The notes beneath the pieces are model-generated. The model was not told where the DNA came from. It was given only the letters and a program-made list of their open reading frames with translations, and ran no database searches. Below are positions 38,064 through 46,685 of a stretch of DNA of 64,000 nt, piece after piece. Source of the stretch: a virus. Taxonomy: Duplodnaviria > Caudoviricetes. A program made the translations under genes and the position numbers. Position 1 is the stretch's first letter; each line of letters begins with the position of its first letter. The stretch is from the IMG/VR virus record IMGVR_UViG_3300012953_000012, positions 32,001 to 96,000 of that record, one strand, 5' to 3'.

Positions 38064-39142
38064 GCACAAGGAAGCGCCTGACCCGACAAGCCGCCTCCCT
38101 CTCGCTCGGCGGGCGGGATCTGCCCCTGGAAGCAGACCTGAAAGCGGATGTGGCCTACGACCATGAGTTGGTCGGCAAGGACGTTGAGGTCTCCAGCATC
38201 GCTGGGGGAACCTTGCACCCTTACAGGGACAGGAAGGCTGTGATCCAGGGGGTCATCACTCGCTTCGGTGAGATCGTCGGATACCAGGTCACTGTGGGCG
38301 GGAAAGTGCATCATGGTCCCGCCAAGGACTTCTATGTGGACCGTTCGGTGGTGGAGGGCGTCCAGCCGCCGACCGCAACCTCAGTTGCCCTTCGTGAAGG
38401 GTTGTCGCACTGGGGTCAGCAACGCACCTACTGGCACACGCAAGCCGCCGGGCTGGAGTCGATGGCTTTCGCCGTGGCTTCCGTGACCCCACAGGCGGTG
38501 GCCCAACATTACGAGTGGGGTTGGGACTTCGCTGTTCCTGATCTCATGCCGGGGGGCTGCACAACAGTCCGGTGCCCGGCGTTCCAGCACAACGACTTCT
38601 GGACTGTGACCACATCGGTCTTCCCTCTCCGTGGGGGCCTGCAACCCAAAGCCCCGCTGATCGAAGACCACTGGCAGCGCACCTTCATGTGGACATTAGC
38701 CATCGCGGACGGCATGTCGAACCTCGACACCGACCCCTGGCCCTGGAAGAGGGCTGTGGCCAGCATCAAGGCCCGAATGTTGGCCACGGAGCAGGTGCTG
38801 GTGCCCTTGTTGAACGAGTGCTTGAACGAGTGCCTGGAAGCCCGGCGAGAAATCTCAGGGTCAGCGCCCGACCTCGTGCCGGGATCAGTCTCGGTGGGCT
38901 TCTCGTCGGTGCGCCTGAAACCCAACACCATCGGCCTGACGGAACCGCCGACAGATCGCCGTCCCTACACGGTGATCTCCATCGCCCCCCAGGCTGCCAG
39001 GTCACGCCACTACTTGCGGCAGGTGGTCTTGCACGAGTGCATCCACATCGCTGTAAACAACGGAAGCGGGGAGAAGCCTCACAACGACCTGTTTGACGCT
39101 ATTGCGGAGCGTGTGGGGTTGGAGCCAAAGCACAGGGACTAA
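38060..39142 (+). CDS. Protein with C-terminal SprT-like zinc metalloprotease domain
   Basis: VVLHECIHIAV...KPHNDLF (HExxH plus downstream His). Confidence 0.75.
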   Translation: MSTRKRLTRQAASLSLGGRDLPLEADLKADVAYDHELVGKDVEVSSIAGGTLHPYRDRKAVIQGVITRFGEIVGYQVTVGGKVHHGPAKDFYVDRSVVEGVQPPTATSVALREGLSHWGQQRTYWHTQAAGLESMAFAVASVTPQAVAQHYEWGWDFAVPDLMPGGCTTVRCPAFQHNDFWTVTTSVFPLRGGLQPKAPLIEDHWQRTFMWTLAIADGMSNLDTDPWPWKRAVASIKARMLATEQVLVPLLNECLNECLEARREISGSAPDLVPGSVSVGFSSVRLKPNTIGLTEPPTDRRPYTVISIAPQAARSRHYLRQVVLHECIHIAVNNGSGEKPHNDLFDAIAERVGLEPKHRD

Positions 39143-39157
39143 GGGGATTTTCTGCGA

Positions 39158-39187
39158 GGGGGGTGGGATCACTGCGCCGGTTCGGTA
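39158..39187 (+). promoter_or_regulatory. Class II promoter-like motif GGGGGG-N19-CGGTA
   Basis: 22 nt spacing to TA (one longer than the other copies). Confidence 0.55.
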
Positions 39188-39225
39188 GTACCAAGCACCT
39201 GCTTGAACCCGTTCCCGGCAAGACC

Positions 39226-40803
39226 ATGAAGATCGGCATCGTCTCCGCACAGAAACACTGCAAGACCCACCTTCGCCAGTTGGCTTCGGATGGTCACGAG
39301 GTCTACTGCCTGGGCGCAAAACCCAAGCAGATACCTCCTTCCTACGATGTGCTCATCGTCCGCATCGCCTCGATGCGGCACTGTGACTCCTACAAGGAGT
39401 GGGCGAAGACCACGGGGCGTCCAGTGATCTACGAGGATGGCCTATCGGGTGCGCGGCGTGAACTGGCGAAGATCCAGTCCCAGGCCACGACGCCGCAGTT
39501 GGCCACCGCAACGATCTCCGTTCAGGATGTCCTGGACCAGATGGTGGAGTGGGGCAGTGTCCTGCTTGACGCCCGCCCTCTCTCCAACAACCGCGACATA
39601 TCACGCCACCTGAGTACCTTGCTGCGAGAGCAGTTTCCTTCAATGGCTTCCAACTCAAAGGCACTGGTCGCCAGCGTAGTGGCTCGGTTGAGCAACCCGT
39701 CCACGGGCGGTGCTGTGCTGACCGAAGCACCGCCAGAGCCCTACACCACCCCCTACACCGCTACCGTTACCGAATCCGAGGCCCAGGAGCCCCCTGTGAT
39801 TGAACCTACCCAGAACACCCCCTACCCCGCCGGTCTTGAGGGTTGGTGCAAGGTCTACACCCAATCAAAGTTGAAGGTTGCCTACAAGCAGGCGGTTGAG
39901 GGCCTGGACCTCATGGAGAAGGGGAAGCAAGGTCTTCCGTCGAGGGATGACCTCTGCCGCGAGTTCAAGAAGGCGGAAAAGGGGCGTCGGATGACGAACA
40001 CTGTCGCCAAGAAGATGGTCTCTCTCGTCAAGGGCAAGCCGTTGGCCTATGTGATGCTCGTGTACCTGGCGATGCCCGAAGACCACCTCTTCGTGAAGCA
40101 GGCATTCTGCGCCACCTACAAGCAGATCACCGGCAAGGGATCGGACACGCGCCTCTGGCGGGCCGTGGAGTGGTATCTGGGCCGCACCGAGCCGGTCCAC
40201 GAACCTACGATCATCACGCCCCCGGCAGCGAAGACGGAGCCACAAGGCATCCAGCCCGGAAAGGTGTTGCCCCCTCTTCCACCAGGCTTCCTGGTCCTTC
40301 GACCAGGCACGGCGAGCCAGCCGTTCCCCCCGCCTCCCACTGTGGGAGATCCTGGCTCCCGACCGGCGGTGGAAGCCCGTGTGCTCTCGGATTCGGACAG
40401 GAACACCGAGGACATCCTGGGGATCATCGAAGACTTCGCAGACTTCAAGAATCAGTTCCAGAAGTGGAAGGGCCACATGATCTCTCAGGCGGACACCACA
40501 GAGCAGAATCTGGAAGAGGCCATCAAAGCGGGGCTCGACCCTCGCACCAACGCCAAGTTGGCTCAGATGGAGAAGCGGATCGGCGACCTGTTCGCCACCC
40601 AGTTGAAAAACTTCAAGCATGAGATCAACCGCACCCTTGAACCCCGAGTCAAAGCACTGGAGGACAGTTCGGGTCTCGCGCTCGATGCGGAGCGGCAGCC
40701 GTCCGGTGACTTGTCCTCCAACCCGTTCGACGCGCTGGAGCAGGTGAAGGCTGCGCTCAAGGCGGCTGGATTCAAGGGCACCCTCACCCTCACCATCGAG
40801 TAA
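39226..40803 (+). CDS. Large hypothetical protein; N-terminal flavodoxin-like/DUF2325-like domain, C-terminal coiled coil
   Basis: MKIGIVSAQ...YDVLIVRIAS...GRPVIY pattern; likely start ATG 39226. Confidence 0.55.
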   Translation: MKIGIVSAQKHCKTHLRQLASDGHEVYCLGAKPKQIPPSYDVLIVRIASMRHCDSYKEWAKTTGRPVIYEDGLSGARRELAKIQSQATTPQLATATISVQDVLDQMVEWGSVLLDARPLSNNRDISRHLSTLLREQFPSMASNSKALVASVVARLSNPSTGGAVLTEAPPEPYTTPYTATVTESEAQEPPVIEPTQNTPYPAGLEGWCKVYTQSKLKVAYKQAVEGLDLMEKGKQGLPSRDDLCREFKKAEKGRRMTNTVAKKMVSLVKGKPLAYVMLVYLAMPEDHLFVKQAFCATYKQITGKGSDTRLWRAVEWYLGRTEPVHEPTIITPPAAKTEPQGIQPGKVLPPLPPGFLVLRPGTASQPFPPPPTVGDPGSRPAVEARVLSDSDRNTEDILGIIEDFADFKNQFQKWKGHMISQADTTEQNLEEAIKAGLDPRTNAKLAQMEKRIGDLFATQLKNFKHEINRTLEPRVKALEDSSGLALDAERQPSGDLSSNPFDALEQVKAALKAAGFKGTLTLTIE

Positions 40804-40809
40804 ACCCGC

Positions 40810-41244
40810 ATGAACCGATCCTACATCGAAGGGATGATTAGCGAGATCATCATCAACGCTCCCAGTCCGAATGTATGGAGCGAAGGCGAGTACGAGGTCA
40901 GGGACTACCGGGGAACCGTCGAAGTACGCTTCTCTGGCTTCTCGGACCTCTGCGAGTTCGTCAACGCCGTTGAGAGGCGGGGTTGGGTAGCGACCATCAA
41001 GTCCGACGCCCGACGCCTTCTGTTCGGCGTGACCTTCGACATCCCGGCAGGCGAGGACCACGAGGGTTTGGCCTTGTTCGTGAGTGTGCGAGCCATGAAC
41101 ACCACCCTCCGAGCCTTGAAGAAGACGTACCCGGAAGTCACCCAAGAGTTCAACGCCCTTCTCGCCGCAGACGGCAAGACTTGGCAATCCGCCGCCCCTC
41201 CCCGCTGGATTCAAGGGCACCCTCACCATCGAGTAAACCCATGA
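40810..41244 (+). CDS. Hypothetical protein
   Basis: Co-directional operon, codon bias. Confidence 0.65.
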   Translation: MNRSYIEGMISEIIINAPSPNVWSEGEYEVRDYRGTVEVRFSGFSDLCEFVNAVERRGWVATIKSDARRLLFGVTFDIPAGEDHEGLALFVSVRAMNTTLRALKKTYPEVTQEFNALLAADGKTWQSAAPPRWIQGHPHHRVNP

Positions 41245-41567
41245 CCCCCACCTATGCCGTCAAGGACGGCAGGTACTCCTACACGCACATCACGGGCGAG
41301 GTCTTCGACACCGGACCCGAGATGGCGATGGTCTTCGACGTGCATGACGATCCAAGCCGCTCGATCCGCGTGACCTTGCACAAACATGGCCCTGTGGACA
41401 AGGTGACGCACTGGTACGAGGCCGCCATGGCCGCTTACAAGGAAAGCGGGCACCTTGAATGGGCTGAGGGCTTCATTCTCGTCACCGGGAAACTCGACGT
41501 GGACGAGGTGAACAAGGCCCTTGCGATCACAGGCTACTGCCCGTCGTTCCTGCCGGAAGGTGCGTGA
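41241..41567 (+). CDS. Hypothetical protein (MTPTYAVKDG...)
   Basis: ATGA overlap with upstream gene. Confidence 0.65.
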   Translation: MTPTYAVKDGRYSYTHITGEVFDTGPEMAMVFDVHDDPSRSIRVTLHKHGPVDKVTHWYEAAMAAYKESGHLEWAEGFILVTGKLDVDEVNKALAITGYCPSFLPEGA

Positions 41568-41608
41568 TGGGACTCTCTCTCCGTGTCTACCTCTACTGGA
41601 CGTGACCC

Positions 41609-42427
41609 GTGTACATTCCGAACAAGGTCCACCACTTCCTTCGCCCTCCCACCAAGGCGAACGGGGTTCCGTGCTCCCCCTCTTTCCCTGTGTCGGCGGC
41701 GTTGAAGTCTTCGGCAGCGACGTGGAACAACGCTCGCAAGTGGGCAGAGAAGGGGGCGGGTGAGCCCGACCAGCCCGAGGTCGTCTGCGAGAACCCCCCG
41801 CGAGGTGGCTACCGTATCGTCGGAGCCGAGCAGCGTGGTCAGGGTGGTCGAGCGTGGCAGGTTGTCACCCCTGACTACTTCCTCGTGGATCTCCGCGAAG
41901 ATGTGTTCCTCCCCATCCTTCTGGAGAAGGGCTTGCCCGCAACGGGGGTCATCGACGCCGAGTTTCAGTGGTGCGTGAACGGCTCCCAACTGCGATTGGA
42001 GCAGGTCGGTTCCAAGTCCCACGCGAAGTACGTCTCCGAAGACGAGTGGCATGGCCGAAAGAAGGCTCGTCCGAAGAAGAAGTACGTCGGCGTCCGTGAT
42101 CTCGTGGTCGGACAGGCGTATGCGTTTGAGGGTCACGGCGTCCCCTCACACAAGAGGTATCTCGGTCGAGTCCGCATCAAGGGCAAGATCAAGACCCTGT
42201 GGACCAGAGACGCAGCCGTGGACTTCGCCTCCCGCTCCGGTATCTGTTGGGGCCATTATCTTATGGTGATGACCGGATCCAAGGCTATCCGCAAAGCCCC
42301 CGTGACGCGGGGATGTATCAACTGCATCGACCCCTCCAAGTTCGATGTGGAGCGCATCCTTGATGGCAGTGCTCTCTTTGATGGCATCGGGCAGCAGTTT
42401 GCGCCCGAACAAGTGGAAGTGCTGTGA
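41609..42427 (+). CDS. Hypothetical protein
   Basis: Long ORF in operon. Confidence 0.65.
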   Translation: MYIPNKVHHFLRPPTKANGVPCSPSFPVSAALKSSAATWNNARKWAEKGAGEPDQPEVVCENPPRGGYRIVGAEQRGQGGRAWQVVTPDYFLVDLREDVFLPILLEKGLPATGVIDAEFQWCVNGSQLRLEQVGSKSHAKYVSEDEWHGRKKARPKKKYVGVRDLVVGQAYAFEGHGVPSHKRYLGRVRIKGKIKTLWTRDAAVDFASRSGICWGHYLMVMTGSKAIRKAPVTRGCINCIDPSKFDVERILDGSALFDGIGQQFAPEQVEVL

Positions 42428-42795
42428 GTCTTTCCAATCTGATTCAGCAGAGCGGCATCGGCGGCTCTCCGACCTGCACCTGCATGGTCTGTGGCAAGCA
42501 GGCCAAGGCGGTGACGGAGAACTGGGAGCACCCCACGGCCTTCTCCCCGCCTGACGGGTGGCACTGGATCGAGAAGGAAATGTGGGTCGAGGAAGGATAC
42601 TGCTGCGGCTGTATCCCCGCAGGCTGGAGGAAGCACTGTAGCGGCCAGTGGATCAAGCCCGGTTTCACTGGGGTTCAACAGATCAACGAGGGGCGATGGC
42701 TCACAGGCGTTGGGGTCTACGACGATCTGGTCGTCGCCATCAACGCCTGTGAAGAACGAGCCGACGAGATCCGCTCGTTCAAGGGGGTACTGTGA
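42424..42795 (+). CDS. Cys/Trp-rich hypothetical protein
   Basis: CTCMVC, YCCGC; GTGA overlap. Confidence 0.6.
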   Translation: MSLSNLIQQSGIGGSPTCTCMVCGKQAKAVTENWEHPTAFSPPDGWHWIEKEMWVEEGYCCGCIPAGWRKHCSGQWIKPGFTGVQQINEGRWLTGVGVYDDLVVAINACEERADEIRSFKGVL

Positions 42796-43115
42796 CTGAG
42801 AAGAACACACCACCATGGCAGCAGGAGCACCCCAACTACGCGGGCTGGTTCGCTGAGTACGGCGGAGACAACTGGGGAGAAGTGGGCGAGATCGTTCACC
42901 CACCGACCGCCGAAGGCCGACATGCTGCCCAAGAAGAGGCCCAAGAGTTTCAGGACTACTACGCATCCAAGACCGACGACGAGGGCTACATCGCGGAGTT
43001 GTACTCGACGGCGGCTCCGCTCGCGTTGAGCGCGGGCGGCTTCTTCGCCATGTGTGACTGCTGCGACTGGGGCTACACCGAACTCGACAGCGTCGGCTGG
43101 ATGGGTGGTGTGTAG
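42792..43115 (+). CDS. Acidic hypothetical protein
   Basis: GTGA overlap; MCDCC. Confidence 0.6.
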   Translation: MTEKNTPPWQQEHPNYAGWFAEYGGDNWGEVGEIVHPPTAEGRHAAQEEAQEFQDYYASKTDDEGYIAELYSTAAPLALSAGGFFAMCDCCDWGYTELDSVGWMGGV

Positions 43116-43316
43116 ATGGGATGGAAGATTCGACCAGACTGTGTGATCGAGGGGTGTGACTCCGAACAGGCCGTAGGGCGACAGTGGTGTCGGGATCATG
43201 ATCCCGAACGCTGCCAGGCGGCGGTGAGCATCACCACGCACTCCCACACCCAGGACCGCTGCCGCAACCGCGCCAAGCCAGGTCAACGCTTCTGCAAGAC
43301 CCACTTGAAGGGTTGA
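43116..43316 (+). CDS. Small zinc-finger-like protein
   Basis: Two C-x4-C...C-x2-H type clusters. Confidence 0.6.
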   Translation: MGWKIRPDCVIEGCDSEQAVGRQWCRDHDPERCQAAVSITTHSHTQDRCRNRAKPGQRFCKTHLKG

Positions 43317-43349
43317 GGGTAGGGTGAACCCTACCCATCGGAGGACACA

Positions 43350-43751
43350 ATGGCAAAAGGCAAGATCAAGCGCGTAGCGAACCTCGACCCCCAGAAATGG
43401 GAGAACGAGTCGTACCTGTTCGTGAAGGTGGAGGGCTCCTGGTCAGCACAGGCCGAGGAATACCTGCTGCTCACGGACCACGAGGTCACCGAGGCCAGCG
43501 ACCGGGCCAGCAAGAACACCGAGGACGTGCCTGACCTCAAGCGTGGGGTCTTCACCCGCGTGGACAACCGAGACAAGCACGCCGCCGCAGACGACTACTA
43601 CATCGCCTTCCAGGTGCGGGACGCGGACGGCAACGACGTGGACCTGATGTTCACCGAGGAGGCGATGGACCGCATCCGCAAGCGGGTCGAAGCCAACGCC
43701 GAAGACGTGGAGGCAAACAAGACTGGCTGGCTGGCAGACCTGTTCGACTAA
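43350..43751 (+). CDS. Acidic protein with internal tandem duplication
   Basis: Two similar ~55-aa halves; GGAGG SD. Confidence 0.7.
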   Translation: MAKGKIKRVANLDPQKWENESYLFVKVEGSWSAQAEEYLLLTDHEVTEASDRASKNTEDVPDLKRGVFTRVDNRDKHAAADDYYIAFQVRDADGNDVDLMFTEEAMDRIRKRVEANAEDVEANKTGWLADLFD

Positions 43752-43760
43752 GGAGCGACC

Positions 43761-43982
43761 GTGAGCAAGAACATCAAGATCATCGAGGGCAAGGACGGCA
43801 ACGACGTCGAGGTCGTGACCCGATCCGCTTCAAAGAAGCGATTGGCGCGACACCCAGACAAAGACAAGCGCCCGCTGTTCGGCGGTCCCGAGTCCGTCCT
43901 CGGTGGGCGGGTCCAGAAGGATCTGGACAACGCGCTGATGTACGCCTCGCTCGACGCGCTCATGAACCCGCAGGGGGAGTGA
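43761..43982 (+). CDS. Hypothetical protein
   Basis: AAGGAG SD before GTG. Confidence 0.65.
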   Translation: MSKNIKIIEGKDGNDVEVVTRSASKKRLARHPDKDKRPLFGGPESVLGGRVQKDLDNALMYASLDALMNPQGE

Positions 43983-44428
43983 TGTCCGACGACAAGCCCC
44001 ACACCACTATGTTCCCCATCGACCACGGCGGTGTGCTCACTGCCGCAGCCAAGGCGGCGGGATTCGTAGAGATCGCCTCGACGCCCGCCATCAACCACGG
44101 CGAGATCAAGGGGAGAAGGGGGGTCACGATGACTCACCCATGGGAAGACCCCAACCTCATGCCGCTGTACCAAGTCCAGTTGGAGACGCGGGACTTGCTC
44201 GTGTCCTACGAGATCGCCACCCCGGACTTCGACTATGTGGAGATCGCCATGGCCCACCTGCGAGAGCGGCTGCGTGATCCCCACGTCCCCATCCACTACG
44301 GCGGTGGTGGCGACATTGGCTACCACCCCATCGGTGACGGCAAGCCTGTGGTCATCGAGTGGAAGGTGACGACGGGCACCCTGAGCAAGAAGTCCAACAA
44401 CGACGAAAACGCGCCCCCCAGACCGTGA
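43982..44428 (+). CDS. Hypothetical protein
   Basis: GGGGAG SD; 3' end runs into terminator T2. Confidence 0.6.
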   Translation: MSDDKPHTTMFPIDHGGVLTAAAKAAGFVEIASTPAINHGEIKGRRGVTMTHPWEDPNLMPLYQVQLETRDLLVSYEIATPDFDYVEIAMAHLRERLRDPHVPIHYGGGGDIGYHPIGDGKPVVIEWKVTTGTLSKKSNNDENAPPRP

Positions 44429-44449
44429 GGTCCAGGGGGCGCGTTCGTC
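44400..44449 (-). terminator. Intrinsic terminator, conserved family copy T2
   Basis: ACGACGAAAACGCGCCCCC identical to T1 over 19 nt; GACC-GTGA-GGTC loop; GGGGGCGCGTTCG arm. Confidence 0.8.
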
Positions 44450-44455
44450 ATGGGA

Positions 44456-44653
44456 TTAGCGGGGGCGCAGCATCGCCACGCACTCGGCGTGGTGTTGGCG
44501 GGAGTCAGGCCCACGAAGGTCACCCTTCTCAGCCATGCACGCCATGATGGCGTACCGGGCTTCGTCGTTGGGCTTCACTACCTTCTGGTAGTAGACGCCC
44601 ACTCCGACGAGGAGGGCAAAGATGGTGGCAGCAGCAGCAATACGATCAGTCAT
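44456..44653 (-). CDS. Small membrane-anchored protein with two Cys (65 aa)
   Basis: N-terminal TM IAAAATIFALLVGVGVYY; sole gene between P3 and T2. Confidence 0.7.
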   Translation of the reverse strand: MTDRIAAAATIFALLVGVGVYYQKVVKPNDEARYAIMACMAEKGDLRGPDSRQHHAECVAMLRPR

Positions 44654-44692
44654 GTGATCTCCGTTTCAGCAGTGGTGGAGGGGAACCCCCTC

Positions 44693-44727
44693 CACCTACT
44701 TACGGAAGCAGCACCCCCTTTTAACGG
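44693..44727 (-). promoter_or_regulatory. Class I promoter-like repeat P3 (leftward, unpaired)
   Basis: CCGTTAAAA-GGGGGTG-CTGCTTCCGTAAGTAGGTG. Confidence 0.85.
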
Positions 44728-44739
44728 GGCGGGATCAAA

Positions 44740-45135
44740 CTACTTGCCCAGAGCGCCCGACACCGCTGCCTTGAAGAACAAGGCACCGAAGGTGCCGAGG
44801 AGATGCCCGGCCTTCTTGACTGCCTGACGGGCCGACTTCTTTTCGGCTCGTTCGGCATTCTGGAGGGCAGCCACAGCATCACTCGCGACACGAGGGCTGG
44901 CCCAATCGATCTTCGGGGTCTCGCCTCGCAGCATCTTGTTGATCTCACGCTTCGCGATCTTGACGCCCTCAGGGCCGAGATTCTCAACGGCGTCAGCCAT
45001 CAAGGAGAGCACGAGCGCCTTCGTGGGGTCATCGGCATCGGAAGCCAGTGCGTCCAGTTCCTCCTGAGCCTTCGCGACGGCAGCGTTGCCGACCAGTGGG
45101 ATCAGGGACTCCAGGGTGCTTGAAAAGTCAGACAT
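44740..45135 (-). CDS. Helical Ala-rich protein with hydrophobic C-terminus
   Basis: GAGGA SD; C-terminal LLGTFGALFFKAAV. Confidence 0.65.
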   Translation of the reverse strand: MSDFSSTLESLIPLVGNAAVAKAQEELDALASDADDPTKALVLSLMADAVENLGPEGVKIAKREINKMLRGETPKIDWASPRVASDAVAALQNAERAEKKSARQAVKKAGHLLGTFGALFFKAAVSGALGK

Positions 45136-45138
45136 GGC

Positions 45139-45537
45139 TCAGTCCTCCTCGGCGGGTTCGGGTGAGGCGGCAGGTGCAGCGGGGAGCGGGCAAGACAAGG
45201 GAGCGATTTCTGGCGGTTGCTCAGACGGCTCTGCCTCGATCATCCCAGCGTTCCACAGGCTCATGGACTTGTGCCACTCATGGCGAGCCTCGATGGTCAG
45301 CACGAAGTCCGCAGCCTTCTCGCACTCGGGGTCAGAGAACTGGGGTCCCTCGGCATCCGACTCGCAGGAGCAGTGCTCTTCGATGAAGGTCCGAAGGTAC
45401 TTGGCCTGCTGGGTAGCCCAGTTGTCGTACTGGTCGAGTTCGGCCTGATAGACACGGGCGTCCCGCAGGACGGTCTTGTGGGCGCACCCGGCTGTCAGAC
45501 TGACAGCGACGAGAAGCGCGGTGATTTCTGCTTTCAT
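45139..45537 (-). CDS. Lipoprotein (possible spanin-like lysis component)
   Basis: MKAEITALLVAVSLTAG-C lipobox; Cys pairs; Pro-rich tail. Confidence 0.7.
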   Translation of the reverse strand: MKAEITALLVAVSLTAGCAHKTVLRDARVYQAELDQYDNWATQQAKYLRTFIEEHCSCESDAEGPQFSDPECEKAADFVLTIEARHEWHKSMSLWNAGMIEAEPSEQPPEIAPLSCPLPAAPAASPEPAEED

Positions 45538-45541
45538 GGCG

Positions 45542-45611
45542 ATTCGCCTCCAACGATGGTTCACCGGACTATACCGGCGACACATCGTTGGAGGCGAATA
45601 GAGGGGCTACC
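45542..45611 (-). promoter_or_regulatory. Class III motif (GGTAG-CCCCT-CTATT) plus 17-bp hairpin covering the SD of the lipoprotein gene
   Basis: Motif 45611-45597; arms 45583-45599 and 45542-45558 perfectly complementary; GGAGG 45551-45547. Confidence 0.8.
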
Positions 45612-45918
45612 ACCAGTGGTGGTCAGGGTGGGAATCCAACTCGGCAACGTAGGCGGCCACGGCGGCAGCATCCCGAGCAGCCTCGATGGCTCCCACAGCC
45701 CGCTCCAGGGCAGCGTAGCGAGCGGGGTGCTCCAGGATCATGTCGGGGTCGAGGTCGATGCCGAAGGCGTCCTTGAGGGACACCGTTTCAATCTCGGCCT
45801 CTTCGCCGGGTTGGTCCCAGGTCGCAGCGCAACCAGGGGAGTAGGTCAGGGAGCCGGTCACGATGCCCATTCCGGGCAGGGTCACAGCGTCTTCGGTGGT
45901 CAGGGTCACAGTAGGCAT
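45607..45918 (-). CDS. Hypothetical protein (MPTVTLTTEDAV...)
   Basis: GGAG SD before ATG 45918. Confidence 0.65.
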   Translation of the reverse strand: MPTVTLTTEDAVTLPGMGIVTGSLTYSPGCAATWDQPGEEAEIETVSLKDAFGIDLDPDMILEHPARYAALERAVGAIEAARDAAAVAAYVAELDSHPDHHWW

Positions 45919-45943
45919 GGGGTCTCCAGGGTGGGGGTCAACA

Positions 45944-45994
45944 ACGCCGAAAATGCCCCCCGCCAACGTCGCTACTGTCGCGGGGGGGTCGCAT
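45944..45994 (-). terminator. Diverged copy T3 of the terminator family
   Basis: ACGCCGAAAATGCCCCCC...GGGGGGG.CGCAT; downstream of the P4-driven gene. Confidence 0.5.
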
Positions 45995-46017
45995 GAACAC
46001 GGTCGCTGCGGGACGCA

Positions 46018-46275
46018 CTACAGTAGTGCTGCCAGCCCAGCGAACGGGTTGTAGGTGAGGTCACTCCAGGTGTCGGCAGGGGGAAGCGGTCCTTGATACG
46101 GAGGCCGGGTCATGTCCGCGATCTCTTCGTAGAGGAAGTCCGCCAGAGCCACCATGCCAGCCTCGTCGTCCGACGCGGGGAAGATGACTCTGCCCCGAGG
46201 TCGGATGCCGTAGGTATCCTTGTAGACGTCGGAGTAGAGGGAGTACGCCTGGTCAAGGCGGGTTTGGGGGGTGAT
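46018..46275 (-). CDS. Small phage protein (YSDVYKDTYGIRPR family); start codon uncertain, possibly ATC
   Basis: Recognisable phage motif; GGAG is 5 nt before ATC at 46275. Confidence 0.55.
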   Translation of the reverse strand: MTPQTRLDQAYSLYSDVYKDTYGIRPRGRVIFPASDDEAGMVALADFLYEEIADMTRPPYQGPLPPADTWSDLTYNPFAGLAALL

Positions 46276-46479
46276 GAAAACTCCAGTTGGGGTTGATGGG
46301 GAAGGGGAACAGGAAGGGAATGTCGGACCGCCCAAGGATACGAACCTCGGACCACGACTCACTCGTTGGAGCGAGCGTCAACACATCGCCCTGCTGCTCC
46401 AACAGCAAGGATCAACGTCGGTTGTCGTGGTGACCGTCACGGCCATAAGGGAGGCAGCATCGTCGTCGCTGCCTCCTTG

Positions 46480-46514
46480 CATCTACTTACGGAAGCAGAC
46501 GAGAGTTTTAACGA
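46480..46514 (-). promoter_or_regulatory. Class I promoter-like repeat P4 (leftward)
   Basis: TCGTTAAAA-CTCTCGT-CTGCTTCCGTAAGTAGATG; A-tract 46525-46531. Confidence 0.85.
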
Positions 46515-46600
46515 GAAGGAGGCCAAAAAAAGATTCGGGTGCCTGTGAATGCCCATGGTCCCTCGGTTTTCGGGAGGTAGGGAAAAAACTCGGAGGGTGG

Positions 46601-46636
46601 CCGTTAAAAGTGCCTCCTGCTTCCGTAAGTACATGA
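46601..46636 (+). promoter_or_regulatory. Class I promoter-like repeat P5 (rightward)
   Basis: CCGTTAAAA-GTGCCTC-CTGCTTCCGTAAGTACATGA; A-tract about 46583-46588. Confidence 0.85.
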
Positions 46637-46685
46637 CACCCCCTCTCCCCTTCCCCGTGCCGCCCAGCGGCCAACCGGAGCACCC

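Noticed and set aside
43318-43335. GGTAGGG-TGAA-CCCTACC hairpin as a class III motif
   Set aside because: Spacing and CTAC differ from RRTAG-N5-CTAT; probably a local hairpin or terminator
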